This document shows positions 38,385-48,594 of a stretch of 64,000 nucleotides of DNA, in pieces. Under the pieces are notes generated by a model. It was not told the DNA's origin. It did no database searches and worked only from the letters and a program-made list of their open reading frames with translations. The stretch is from the NCBI GenBank assembly GCA_022736715.1, contig DZDJ01000002.1, positions 26,149 through 90,148 of the forward strand, in the 5' to 3' direction. Made by a program: the position numbers and the translations under genes. Position 1 is the stretch's first letter. Every line of letters starts with the position of its first letter. This DNA is from Edaphobacter aggregans (lineage in GTDB: Bacteria; Acidobacteriota; Terriglobia; Terriglobales; Acidobacteriaceae).

Positions 38385-39407
38385 TCAGATTTTCTCGTTG
38401 CCGCCTGATTTTGTTACAGTAGTTGTGCTTTCGCGCACCACTAACTGCGGCAGGATTTCATAGCTGCCGCCCTGCTTGTCGTGCCGCTGAATGGTGGTGT
38501 GCAGGGCATTGAAGGCATGGGTTGCAATTTCAATGCGCGAAAGGCGGACCGTTGTCAGCGCAGGGTATGTGTAGGTGCTGATTTCAATATCGTCGAAGCC
38601 GACAACGGAGAAATCCTGCGGAATACAGACCTGGCGGCCCTGTAAAGCACGAATGGCGCCTATTGCCGTGAGGTCATTGGAGGCCAGCACGGCCGTAATG
38701 CGGTCCGCTTGTGTCAGCAACCGCTCCATGGCCGCATAGCCGCCCTCGATCATGTGATTGCCTTGTTCGATCAGCTTTTCATTGATGGCGAGGCCGCACT
38801 GCTGCATGGCCTTCAAAAAGGCCGTCTTTCTGGCGCGTGCCGAGGCCAGTTCCATTGGCCCGGCAATAAATCCTATGTGCTGGTGCTGGAGCGAAACCAG
38901 ATGCTGCACCGCCTGCCGGACACCTTCAGCATAGTCAATGTTGATGTTGCTGACGCCAAAGCCCGGCGACGCAGTATCCAGAAAGACGAGCGGGATGCGG
39001 CGCTTGTTGAATTCCTCCAGCAGGTGCTGGTCCATTTCTGATGTCATGATTGCCACCCCGTCAACTTTGCGCTCCAGCATGCGCTGTACGCAGAGTTTCA
39101 TGCGCTCCGAACTGTATCCGGTGTTGGCAACAATCACTTCCATGCCGTGCCTGACGGCAACCTCTTCAAAGCCTTTCACCAGGTCGGGGAAGAAGGGATT
39201 GGTGATGTCGGAGATGATGAGCCCGTAGATGCGGCTGCGCCCGGACCCCAGCGCGCGCGCATTGTGATTGGGATAGTAGTTCAGCGTGGCAATGGCGCGG
39301 TTCACACGCTCCGCCGTTTCCGGAGTCACTTTGTCGGACCCGTTGATGGTGCGGGAGACGGTAGCCGTGGAAACGCGCGCCATGCGAGCTACTTCTTTGA
39401 TGTTCAT
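38385..39407 (-). CDS. LacI-family transcriptional regulator
   Basis: N-terminal HTH MNIKEVARMARVSTATVSRTING followed by a periplasmic-binding-protein-like sugar-binding fold. Confidence 0.9.
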   Translation of the reverse strand: MNIKEVARMARVSTATVSRTINGSDKVTPETAERVNRAIATLNYYPNHNARALGSGRSRIYGLIISDITNPFFPDLVKGFEEVAVRHGMEVIVANTGYSSERMKLCVQRMLERKVDGVAIMTSEMDQHLLEEFNKRRIPLVFLDTASPGFGVSNINIDYAEGVRQAVQHLVSLQHQHIGFIAGPMELASARARKTAFLKAMQQCGLAINEKLIEQGNHMIEGGYAAMERLLTQADRITAVLASNDLTAIGAIRALQGRQVCIPQDFSVVGFDDIEISTYTYPALTTVRLSRIEIATHAFNALHTTIQRHDKQGGSYEILPQLVVRESTTTVTKSGGNEKI

Positions 39408-39598
39408 AAGCGTAAAGAGTAATTACCAGATAACTTTACAGGAGATCAGGTAATTGCAAAGCAGTTGTCCCAAAATCCCGCATTTCGGTGTATGCAGACT
39501 GCCGGCGGCCATTGGCCATCATTGCCTCGATTGATCTGGTGCTTTCCGTCCTTTCCAGAAGGCACAGAGAAGCATGTTCTCTGCGCCTCACAGAGTTG

Positions 39599-41683
39599 TT
39601 ATTTGGCCGGCGTGGAGAGCACCGCGACTCCGTATTGCGGCAGCGCAACCGACGGCACCGTTCCACCTTGCAGAACATCAGTCATCGCACTGGGCAATGT
39701 GACGTGCTCTTCAGTGCCAGCAAAGTTCACCAGAATATAGACGGTGTGGTCTTTGCCATAGCGCGGATATACATCCACGCCAGCCGGCACCGGACCAAAG
39801 GCGGGTTTTACACCGCTCATTGCTGTCATCCATTTTGCGGCATTTTCCATTGTGGACTCATCCAGCCACGCACCTATGTAGGTGATCGAGCCTTTGCCGA
39901 CCTTCCGCGTAATGGCCGCGGGCTGCCCATCCAGCCAGCCGTTGCTCTTGCCATAGCGCATCAGCACCCTGGTGTCCGGAGACTTCGCGCTCAGCAATTC
40001 CGCCCAAAGCTGGCTGGTGCCTGTGCCCCATGCGCCTGAGACCGGCACTGGTGAAATCAGCGCGTAATACTGCTCGACGCGCCCGCCCAGCAGAGGAACC
40101 AGCGGTCCGGGCTGGCGCTCCGTCTGCAGGCCGTTGTCAATGTTCTTCATGCCGCTGCGCTGGCCCAGAACCAGGTTGCCGCCCTGCTTCACATACTCGA
40201 TCAGATTCTTCGCTTCCGCATCCGACAGGACATTCAGCCCCGGAGCAACTACCAGTTTGTACCCATCCAGCGGGGCCATCGGGTTAACTATATCCACGGA
40301 TTGCGCAATGTCGCGCAATGGTTTGTAGTAGCTCAGAATTTCAGCAACAGGGTCGTAGTTCTTGTTATGACGCTGCCAGTTGATGGCCCAGCGGCTGTCA
40401 TAGGAATGCAGAATGGCCACCTGCGATTTCGGAGACGTGCCTTCCAGCACAGGACCGGCCTTGGCAAACTCAGCTCCAATCTGCTGCACCTCCGGGTAAA
40501 GCGGAACAGGCGTGCCGTCAGCGCCCAGCAGTGTGCCGTGATACTCCTCCTGCCCGTTGAGCGCGCTGCGCCACTGCCAATAGCTGATGGTGTCAGCCCC
40601 GTGGCCAATGTTGTGCCAGGCCATGGCGCGAACCTCGCCCTTGTCGAGCGAATTGTTGACAGCGGCCCAGTTCACAGAGCCCGGCTGCGTCTCCATCACC
40701 CAGAAATTCTTCCGCTTGAAACCGCGCGTCAGGTCGTCGGCAGCGCCGTTTTTATAGCGATCCAACTGGCCTTCGCCAACATAGTCATCCCAGGAGGCCA
40801 TGTCCAGGTCCTGGCTGACGACATAATGATCGTAGCCATCGAACCAGCCCATCATATTTGTGGTGATGAACTGTCGTGGCTCTGCATTGCCGCGAATCAC
40901 TTCGAGCTGGTTCTTTTGATAGCTGCGCCACGTATCGCTTACAAAGTGCATCCAGCTCAACAGCAACCCAGGGTTGCCGAAGCTGGTCTCAATCGGAATC
41001 TGGTTCCAGTTCGTATACGTCTGGCTCCAGTAGGCTGTTGTCCAGCGCGCGTTCAGGTTGTCCAGCGTTCCGTAGCGCGTCTTCAGCCAGTCCTGAAATT
41101 GCTTCTGCGTGTTGGCGTCGTATGAAACGGCCCTGTATTCATTGTCGATCTGCCAGCCGATTACATGTGGATCGTGGCCGAATTCCCTGGCCATATGTTC
41201 GGCAATGTCGCGCGCCAGTTCCCGATATTTCGGATTGGCCCAGTTGAATTGCTGGCGGTTGCCATGCTGGTCCTTGCGGCCATCCTCCATCGTGCGCAGC
41301 GTCTCCGGATACTTCTGCGTGAGCCACGCAGGTGGCGCAGCCGTTGGGGTTCCCAGCACCGTATAGATGCCGTGCCGGGCAGCGTCATCTATAGCGCGGT
41401 GTAGCCAGCCGAAATCATACTGGCCCTCTTCCGGCTCCATTCGGCTCCAGGCAAATTCGCCCACGCGCACCATGTGGATGTGGGCCTTTTCCATCAGTTC
41501 CAGATCTGCGTCCCAGCGCGACTCCGGCCATTGCTCGGGATACCAGGCCGTCCCCAGCAGAATAGGCGGAGCTTGGTCCGGTACAATAGCCGGCTTCGCC
41601 AGCAGGGAGGCAGGTGTTGCAACAAAATACATGCACGCAATTGCGGCTGCAGCATGCAGCAGCTTTCGGGAAACAGCTCTCAT
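39599..41683 (-). CDS. beta-galactosidase, glycoside hydrolase family 42 (secreted)
   Basis: Signal-like MRAVSRKLLHAAAAIACMYFVATPASLLA. GTAWYPEQWPE, VRVGEFAWSRMEPEEG and GWQIDNEY (acid/base Glu context) are typical GH42 motifs. Adjacent to the LacI regulator. Confidence 0.85.
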   Translation of the reverse strand: MRAVSRKLLHAAAAIACMYFVATPASLLAKPAIVPDQAPPILLGTAWYPEQWPESRWDADLELMEKAHIHMVRVGEFAWSRMEPEEGQYDFGWLHRAIDDAARHGIYTVLGTPTAAPPAWLTQKYPETLRTMEDGRKDQHGNRQQFNWANPKYRELARDIAEHMAREFGHDPHVIGWQIDNEYRAVSYDANTQKQFQDWLKTRYGTLDNLNARWTTAYWSQTYTNWNQIPIETSFGNPGLLLSWMHFVSDTWRSYQKNQLEVIRGNAEPRQFITTNMMGWFDGYDHYVVSQDLDMASWDDYVGEGQLDRYKNGAADDLTRGFKRKNFWVMETQPGSVNWAAVNNSLDKGEVRAMAWHNIGHGADTISYWQWRSALNGQEEYHGTLLGADGTPVPLYPEVQQIGAEFAKAGPVLEGTSPKSQVAILHSYDSRWAINWQRHNKNYDPVAEILSYYKPLRDIAQSVDIVNPMAPLDGYKLVVAPGLNVLSDAEAKNLIEYVKQGGNLVLGQRSGMKNIDNGLQTERQPGPLVPLLGGRVEQYYALISPVPVSGAWGTGTSQLWAELLSAKSPDTRVLMRYGKSNGWLDGQPAAITRKVGKGSITYIGAWLDESTMENAAKWMTAMSGVKPAFGPVPAGVDVYPRYGKDHTVYILVNFAGTEEHVTLPSAMTDVLQGGTVPSVALPQYGVAVLSTPAK

Positions 41684-42002
41684 GAAGAAACTCCTGGACA
41701 GATGAAAATAAGCGCATTGGCTGCGGTTGAGTATGCCGTGCATGTGCTCAAGCCGCCGTTTTTGAAATCGCTTACACTATCTCATTGAGGCTCCACTGTT
41801 GGCAAGAAAAGGGCAAAAAGTGATATGGAACTCATTCTGCCATGCAGCACTGATTGGCAAAGGTTTTCTTTGCGAATCAGGAACATGTGGAAATTGGAGT
41901 GAGGCGTCTATGGTATATTCCTAATAGGGCAGGGGGTTGCTGCTCCTCACCATAGACCGCTGATCCGGTAGTTCCTGCAGATCAGCCGCCATTCCTCAGG
42001 AT

Positions 42003-42078
42003 GGACGCGTAGCTCAACTGGCAGAGCATTCGACTCTTAATCGACAGGTTGAAGGTTCAATTCCTTCCGCGTCCACCA
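42003..42078 (+). tRNA. tRNA-Lys (anticodon CTT)
   Basis: Acceptor GGACGCG/CGCGTCC, anticodon arm TCGA-CTCTTAA-TCGA, T-arm GAAGGTTCAATTCCTTC, encoded CCA at 42076-42078. Confidence 0.93.
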
Positions 42079-42195
42079 TACAACTCAATGAGTTGCAAGC
42101 CTGTTCTGCCCCCACTATAAAACCGGCTGTCGTGGCTTTTGCCGGATTTGCTTCTACATTCGGTGTATTGAGATGGCCCTTTCTGGCTGTTGTGC

Positions 42196-45100
42196 TTATT
42201 GACGAATTCCGCTGCCCCGCTCGTTGTGGGGTGTAAATACCTCATTCTCATCTTTCCACCAGATCAGCTCCGCGATGGAAGGGTAATAGAGTGCAAGGTG
42301 AATGGTGGAGTCTGCTCCATGCTGCATGCGAATTGCCTTGGCGTATCCTTCAAGTTGTTCGCGGTAGGCGCTCTGCTCTCGCTGCAAAAAATCTTTTATC
42401 GACTCCTCTCCTGGCTCAGATGTTTTGTAGTCGACTATCCACCAGCAGCTTCCCTCGGAACTTAAAACTTCATTTCCCGCTTGAAAAATGCGGTCGATGC
42501 GAATGCTTTTTAGTTGCGATGCGCCCTGATCGGAGGTATGCGACTGCATCGGCACCTCACATGCGCTTTGATGATGTGGTTGCAGTATCCAACGGCCAAT
42601 GGGGTGTTGCAGGGCCTTGCGGAGCAGGTTCTGTGTGCGCGAGGTGAGTAGGGTAATCTGCGGCGGCGCAAAGCCCTCTGCCCGATAGAATGCTGCAACG
42701 CGAGATTCCCAGGTCGAAATCTCTGCGAGAACATCTTCCGCCTCGGCTCCCTGCGCAAGCGTGATGGCTAGCTGCTCCAGAAAAGCATGCGCCGCGTTTC
42801 CGAACGAGCGGGCCAGGTCCGCCGATGGAGGTTGAACTGGCGTTTTTCGGAGGGAGCGCCTATTTTCGTTCGTGCCGGGCGGTGCCGGGGAAATAGTATT
42901 TTCACTTCTGCCACCGTCAAAAAAACTGAGTGGCAACCGGCGAAGAAGTTTGGTTGAAGGCTCAGCCGCAGCCGCAAGAGTTTCGACGATTGCGGCGTTG
43001 CGAACAGATTCCTGTTGCTTCGGGAAGTGTAAAAGCTGCTTTTCAGAATTCAGTTTCAATGCCGCAAAATGCTTTTCTGCAACCGGCCAAATGGTTTTCA
43101 AGAGGCTTCGGTTGTTCAATCGGAAACCGGATTTGGACTCTTGTGCTGTTGCAAACAGATGCAGTTCCTCCCGTGCGCGTGTGCAGGCAACATAGAAAAC
43201 GCGCTGCAGTTCCTCGGCTTCGCGCTGCATTTGCAGTTGGTTGATCCACCGCGTCAGACGGCTGCTGCTTTCTCCTTTGCCATGAATCGGGGCAAGCAGA
43301 GCCAGTGTATCGGCTTGGTCGGTACCGTCTGCAACGCTGGGCAGCTCCATCCACGAAAAAAGTGGTTGCGTGTTGTATCTGGGTGCGCGCTGCAGCTCAG
43401 GAACAATAACGATCTCCCATTCCAGGCCTTTTGCCCGGTGAATCGTCATCAACTCCACCACGGGGGCAGAAGAAGGTTCGGGGTTGGCATAGAGCCCTGT
43501 CAGCTTCTGCAGAATCATGTCCGCGCTGATCGGCATCTCATTGTGATGGCATTCGAGTTCACACTCTTCCAGCAGTGCAAAATATGCAAAGGTATTTTGC
43601 ATTTGCTGCTTGTCGAGGCAGTAAGGCCACCCCAGTTTGTTCCATGTACGTTCAATCCATTGCGGCAATGAGAGGTGATTGCGCATATGCTGCGCTCCCT
43701 CCATCACTGTCAGAAGTGCAGTTGCTCGAAGTTGCGCGGGCGGTGAGAGCAGATGCGAACGTTCCTGAATAAGCTCCGGAATGGTCAGCTGCTTTTTAGA
43801 AGTCTCTTCATTATTTGCAATGCAATAAATTTCTGCGAGGGTAAGACCACATACAGGGGAGCGTAAAAGCGAGAGCCACGCAACCCGGTCCGCCGGATGC
43901 AGCAGGGCGCGCGTCAAAGCCAGTGCATCCTGCACTTCCTGCACCTCTCCCAGCAGTTCAATGTCAACTGCGCGGAAGGAAATCTCGCCGTCCGCACGAA
44001 GCGCGCGTGCGACCGGCGCCAGATGTGTACGGGCTCTGGCAAGGATGGCAATGGGTGGCCTGGCGGCATTGCCATTCGACGTACCGTGATGATGCTCGCG
44101 AATCATTTCGAGTATTTGCTGCACGTATTGCTGAGTTTCGGCTTGTAGCGGCTCCTCCGCCTGCGCCTCCTGCACTGGTGCACTGGTTTGGACGTGCCAC
44201 GTAACTGGGTATGCGGCAGGTCGACGTATTGGTGTGGCCTCTGTGAAAGTTACACGGGCCTCTTTTTCGGCATGCGATGGAAAGAGTTGAGCGAAGTCAT
44301 TATTGAGTTGTTCGACCAGCAGGGCTTGTGAGCGGAAGTTTGCTGTGAGTTGCAATGGGTTGAGATGAATTGATCCAAGCCCTTCCTGAGACAGCTTCTG
44401 GAAAAGCTCTACGCGGGCCTGACGAAATAAATAAATCGATTGCTTGGGATCGCCAACCAGAAAGAGTGTCTGGCTATAGCCGTCCCATCCTTCGGTCAGA
44501 TGCCGAATGAGTTCATATTGACTCACCGACGTGTCCTGCATTTCGTCAATCAGCAAATGTTGAATGCGCAGACCAGTTGCTTTTGTGAAACCGCTGATTC
44601 CATTTTCGTCTTCCAGTGCAGACTGTGCAGCCAGTGCAATCTCAGTAAAATCACATTGCTGTGTCTGTGCAAAGACCAACTGCAATTGAATAAGTCCATC
44701 CTGTAATAAATGGAAGAGCGCCTTGGCCACCTGCCACTGCTCATCAGGATATTCCGGGTCCGGCAGTCCCTGAATTTCCTGTAGCGTGGCACGGAGTGGT
44801 TCGTTGCCGCACAGGGCCTCCAAAAGGCGCCTGAAGTCATCCAGTTCCGTACTCTTGGGTTCAAATCCATTCCTGCGATTCACCCCAGACGGCTTTCTCC
44901 AGTTGCCGTCCGTGAGCAGTTGATGCGACAGCGCGCGCCAGGCAGGTAAATCGTTGTAGGTGGCAGCCACAACATCCGTGCGGTCCACCCATGCCTGAAG
45001 TTTGGACTCTCCGCCCAGACTGACAAGTACATGCGCAGCATGATGCGTCAGGCGACATGCTTCTTTGAGCGCATGCGCAGGGAAGTATAGGACTGCTTTA

Positions 45101-45852
45101 TGCAGAGTGCTTTCAATGCACTCTCTTAGAGCCTCTTCCAGTCGAGGTCGGACATTCGCTTCCAGCTCCTCGTCAGAAAGTGGGCGGCCAAACGAAATCA
45201 GCGTTCCCAGCAGGCGGGCCCATTGATCGCGCAGGCGCAGCATTTCCGCAATCAGCATCTCGCAATCTCGGAGGTTGCCATCGCGATGCAGAAGTACAGT
45301 TTCAAGCGCCTTTTGCAAGGAAGTATTTTTTCGTGAGTCGAGCTGTTGCAGTGTTCGCCGTGCCGCTTCCTGGTAAAGAACGCCCGCATCTTCAACCGGT
45401 TCGAGTGTCCCTCCCATCCCGGAAAGAATTGGAAGACTGCGTGCTATTTCCGCACATACGGAATCGATGGTACGAATGTTCAGACGTTGCGGCTGCTCAA
45501 GCAGATTCCATCCCGATGCCTGACTTCTGTGCAAAACCCGTTGAGCAAGTTGCCGGGTTGTCTGCTCAAAGACATCATTCCGCTCCAGGGGGTGATTCCT
45601 ATCTGCAGCCTGTAGTGACTGAAGGATGCGCAAGCGCATCTCGGCTGTGGCCTTTCGGGTAAAAGTGATGGCGACTACTTCTTCTGGCTTTTCGATCTCC
45701 GCGTCTGCTAGCAATTTCAGAAAACGCTGCATCAGCAGGCCGGTCTTGCCAGAGCCAGCAGGCGCTTCAACAATAAAGGAGCAGTGGATGTCCAAAGCCC
45801 GCTCCCGTGCAGGCTGGTCAGATGGTCGAATTTGTTCCAGGCTGTGATCCAT
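42196..45852 (-). CDS. addA: AddA-type UvrD/Rep helicase with C-terminal PD-(D/E)XK nuclease
   Basis: Walker A IVEAPAGSGKTGLLMQRF, helicase motifs (LIDEMQDTS, LVGDPKQSIY, TIHRAKGLEWEIV) and the C-terminal nuclease WWIVDYKTSE. 1218 aa. Confidence 0.85.
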   Translation of the reverse strand: MDHSLEQIRPSDQPARERALDIHCSFIVEAPAGSGKTGLLMQRFLKLLADAEIEKPEEVVAITFTRKATAEMRLRILQSLQAADRNHPLERNDVFEQTTRQLAQRVLHRSQASGWNLLEQPQRLNIRTIDSVCAEIARSLPILSGMGGTLEPVEDAGVLYQEAARRTLQQLDSRKNTSLQKALETVLLHRDGNLRDCEMLIAEMLRLRDQWARLLGTLISFGRPLSDEELEANVRPRLEEALRECIESTLHKAVLYFPAHALKEACRLTHHAAHVLVSLGGESKLQAWVDRTDVVAATYNDLPAWRALSHQLLTDGNWRKPSGVNRRNGFEPKSTELDDFRRLLEALCGNEPLRATLQEIQGLPDPEYPDEQWQVAKALFHLLQDGLIQLQLVFAQTQQCDFTEIALAAQSALEDENGISGFTKATGLRIQHLLIDEMQDTSVSQYELIRHLTEGWDGYSQTLFLVGDPKQSIYLFRQARVELFQKLSQEGLGSIHLNPLQLTANFRSQALLVEQLNNDFAQLFPSHAEKEARVTFTEATPIRRPAAYPVTWHVQTSAPVQEAQAEEPLQAETQQYVQQILEMIREHHHGTSNGNAARPPIAILARARTHLAPVARALRADGEISFRAVDIELLGEVQEVQDALALTRALLHPADRVAWLSLLRSPVCGLTLAEIYCIANNEETSKKQLTIPELIQERSHLLSPPAQLRATALLTVMEGAQHMRNHLSLPQWIERTWNKLGWPYCLDKQQMQNTFAYFALLEECELECHHNEMPISADMILQKLTGLYANPEPSSAPVVELMTIHRAKGLEWEIVIVPELQRAPRYNTQPLFSWMELPSVADGTDQADTLALLAPIHGKGESSSRLTRWINQLQMQREAEELQRVFYVACTRAREELHLFATAQESKSGFRLNNRSLLKTIWPVAEKHFAALKLNSEKQLLHFPKQQESVRNAAIVETLAAAAEPSTKLLRRLPLSFFDGGRSENTISPAPPGTNENRRSLRKTPVQPPSADLARSFGNAAHAFLEQLAITLAQGAEAEDVLAEISTWESRVAAFYRAEGFAPPQITLLTSRTQNLLRKALQHPIGRWILQPHHQSACEVPMQSHTSDQGASQLKSIRIDRIFQAGNEVLSSEGSCWWIVDYKTSEPGEESIKDFLQREQSAYREQLEGYAKAIRMQHGADSTIHLALYYPSIAELIWWKDENEVFTPHNERGSGIRQ

Positions 45853-45864
45853 TTCAGTAACTAC

Positions 45865-48537
45865 TCAATCTGAATTATCGTAAGAAGTGTCTTCAGTTGA
45901 AGCTAAATTGATTTCTGCTACTCGACAAAAAGGCTGTTGTTCGCAGTGTTCGCAGGTTTTTGGGAAATGTTTGGGTGCAACATCAGCAACTCCCTGGTGA
46001 AATTCAACCGCCAGTTCTTCCAGAACCGTGCGCCATTCGTCTACCTTATTGGCATCGGCAGGCTGCTCCAACAGTTTCATACCACCAGCGCGGATCTGTG
46101 CAAAAGCAATGCCACGCAGGGTGTTCGGGTTTCGCTGTGTCGCATAGAGTAAAAGTTGCGGTTCGTCTGGCCGCTGTCCTTGCCATGCGGTCAAAGAGCA
46201 CAGGCCGGTTTTGTAATCCAGAATGACCTCTCCATCGGCAACATTGTCAATGCGATCTGGTCGGATTCGTATGTGCAATGGACCTATCTGCGCATCCTTC
46301 TGAGTCTCTTCACTTTCGAGCACTGTAAATGTGGGCCGTTCTTTTTCAATTGCGAGCCACTGCAGAAGCAGCCGCAGCAACCATTTTTTTCGAATGTTGA
46401 GATAAGCCTGCTCCCACGGTTCCGCTGTTTGCGTCCACTGCGCAAAGGCATGATTAATTTTCTGATCCAATGTATCAGCCGTGGTGGGGGAATCCATCCT
46501 GAGAAGAACTTCCTGAGTTTTTACTTCCTTCCAGAAGTCTTCGAGCACTCGATGGATCAGGTTGCCACGCTCGATAGCATTCAACCCTGTTTCCATAGAC
46601 TTCAAGCCAACCGATGCAAGCCGCTTTTCCGCAAAGGCGCGAAAAGGGCACAGGGACTGGAGTTTCAGTATGCCAGTGCCACCGGAAAGCACCCGGTCCG
46701 GGACTGGAGGGACAGTTCCAACCGGTTCAAATTCCTCCAAAGAGAAGTTGTTGTCCTGCGATTCCGTGATTGCAATAAGATCTTTTGCCTGCACGTGGGA
46801 TGCCTGCACAAACGGCAGTATCAACGTCGAGGGTTCTGTCTCTACTTCGTCCAGCATTTTGCAATAGCTAAAGAGGATGTAGGGTGTGCTTGCGCAGATG
46901 CGTCGCGTTACTGTTGCAGCGTGTTCAGTATCCACGGCCGGATCGGAATGGGGCATCTTCAGTGAGTGTTGCAGATGCCAGGAAAGCAGCGGCTGAAGGT
47001 TGCCTTTCATCGGCCACGACTCTGCCGTTACACCGGCAAACCAGACCGCATCGTATACAGAGCCGGATGATTCCAGAACTCCCATGATCTGGATCGGTGC
47101 ATTGTGTGATTGGGGCGCGAAGAGTGTCTCGCGCACGGTCTGCTCCAACTGCTCCACAGCGGCGGAAAAAGTTACTCTCGTTCCGGAAAAATCCAGTTGC
47201 GACAGGGCCCGTAACCGTTCGTGCCATTTTTCCAGTTGTTGATATTCAGTGCTGCTCAGGGAGGAGAACTCTGTCCATCCGGCAGCCAGAAGAATTCTAG
47301 GAATGAGACCTGACCATTCACGAAAAGTCTTCAACTGACCATCACCACAGTGCTGTTGCGCCAGGGCGTATGCCGCACTCCATTGCTTGCGCAGACCTGC
47401 GAGAGCAGGGACCGCCACCATTCTTTTTAGCACCCAGGGCAGGGACAGTTCAGGTCTCAGGAGCGGACTATTTCGCAGATCGTAAGCGTCAAAAAGCGCG
47501 CGTGCCGGAAGATCTGTGGCGGTATTGCCAAAATAGGATGAAAGCAGGAGGCTGGAAACGGTTTCCAGTGGTAATGGCGTCTTCAGCCATTGCAGAAAAG
47601 TCATCGCAACATTCACGAGCGGGACATTTCTCAGGCTTGTGCCAAGCGTGAACTCATACGGCAGTCCGGCGGCTGTAGCCTCTGCAGCAGATGCCGCTGG
47701 TAAGAACGTCTGCCGGAAAATGCGATCAATCCGGTAGCGCTGCGCGGCCACATCCGGGAGGATGACAGCAATTTTCCCGGTTGGCGCCTGCCCCAGAAAT
47801 TTCTTTGCCCAGCATGCAGAGGCCTGAATTTCGTCATCCGCAGTTGTTGCTTCCACGAGAGACTGCGATGCAATTTCCAGCGGGCCTGGAGCCGCAGGCG
47901 GTGGAGGCGGAAGAACTAGCTCTGTGTACGATATACCAGCATTGCGTAAAGATTCGCACAGCAATTGCTGTGCAGGTGTCATCCGGTCGAAACCGGTCAG
48001 CATTATTTCGGCGCAGACGTAAGACAACTTCCCCGCGTCCGCCGCATGTGCCAGGGCCAGTTCCAACTGGGCCGCCGACAACCATTTTCCCCGCGAGCAG
48101 CGGCGCACAAACTCCTTTGCCCAGCGTTCGAAATGTTCTGTGTCGGCACCGGCTCCAGGTGGGCCTGGTCGGTTCAATCCTGCATATGCCGCTAACAAGC
48201 CCCATGCCTGTTGCGCCAGCGGAGCCAGTGCGGCGGGTTGCCGCAAGGTATGCAAGTGTTTATCCGTATACAGAATTTCCTGCCAGACGAGTCTCTCCTG
48301 CGCAGATGAGAGCAGCAAGCGGTCCTCCTGTCCGCGCAGGATGAGCTGTTGCCAAAGCCCGTTTGTCCAGGCATCCCAGTTCAAGATGCGCGGCGGCTGC
48401 CACACAGTGCGCCCAGCTCTGATCTGCTCCTGCTCGTATGCTATTTGCAGTGCGCGCGCAGACCGCTGGTTAGCAGTGACCACCGTTGCCTGGCGGGCCA
48501 GTGCGCGCGCAACTGCTTCAGGAAGGGACGTGCTCAT
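45865..48537 (-). CDS. addB: AddB-type PD-(D/E)XK nuclease/inactivated helicase partner
   Basis: 890-aa ORF upstream of addA. C-terminal nuclease motif VILDYKTG and terminal Cys cluster KTCEHCEQQPFC. No Walker A at the N-terminus, as in proteobacterial-type AddB. Confidence 0.75.
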   Translation of the reverse strand: MSTSLPEAVARALARQATVVTANQRSARALQIAYEQEQIRAGRTVWQPPRILNWDAWTNGLWQQLILRGQEDRLLLSSAQERLVWQEILYTDKHLHTLRQPAALAPLAQQAWGLLAAYAGLNRPGPPGAGADTEHFERWAKEFVRRCSRGKWLSAAQLELALAHAADAGKLSYVCAEIMLTGFDRMTPAQQLLCESLRNAGISYTELVLPPPPPAAPGPLEIASQSLVEATTADDEIQASACWAKKFLGQAPTGKIAVILPDVAAQRYRIDRIFRQTFLPAASAAEATAAGLPYEFTLGTSLRNVPLVNVAMTFLQWLKTPLPLETVSSLLLSSYFGNTATDLPARALFDAYDLRNSPLLRPELSLPWVLKRMVAVPALAGLRKQWSAAYALAQQHCGDGQLKTFREWSGLIPRILLAAGWTEFSSLSSTEYQQLEKWHERLRALSQLDFSGTRVTFSAAVEQLEQTVRETLFAPQSHNAPIQIMGVLESSGSVYDAVWFAGVTAESWPMKGNLQPLLSWHLQHSLKMPHSDPAVDTEHAATVTRRICASTPYILFSYCKMLDEVETEPSTLILPFVQASHVQAKDLIAITESQDNNFSLEEFEPVGTVPPVPDRVLSGGTGILKLQSLCPFRAFAEKRLASVGLKSMETGLNAIERGNLIHRVLEDFWKEVKTQEVLLRMDSPTTADTLDQKINHAFAQWTQTAEPWEQAYLNIRKKWLLRLLLQWLAIEKERPTFTVLESEETQKDAQIGPLHIRIRPDRIDNVADGEVILDYKTGLCSLTAWQGQRPDEPQLLLYATQRNPNTLRGIAFAQIRAGGMKLLEQPADANKVDEWRTVLEELAVEFHQGVADVAPKHFPKTCEHCEQQPFCRVAEINLASTEDTSYDNSD

Positions 48538-48594
48538 CGTTGTTTCTGGTTCTGGCCTTTCCGGGGTCTATGTTCTGCACGAGCGGACACGGTA

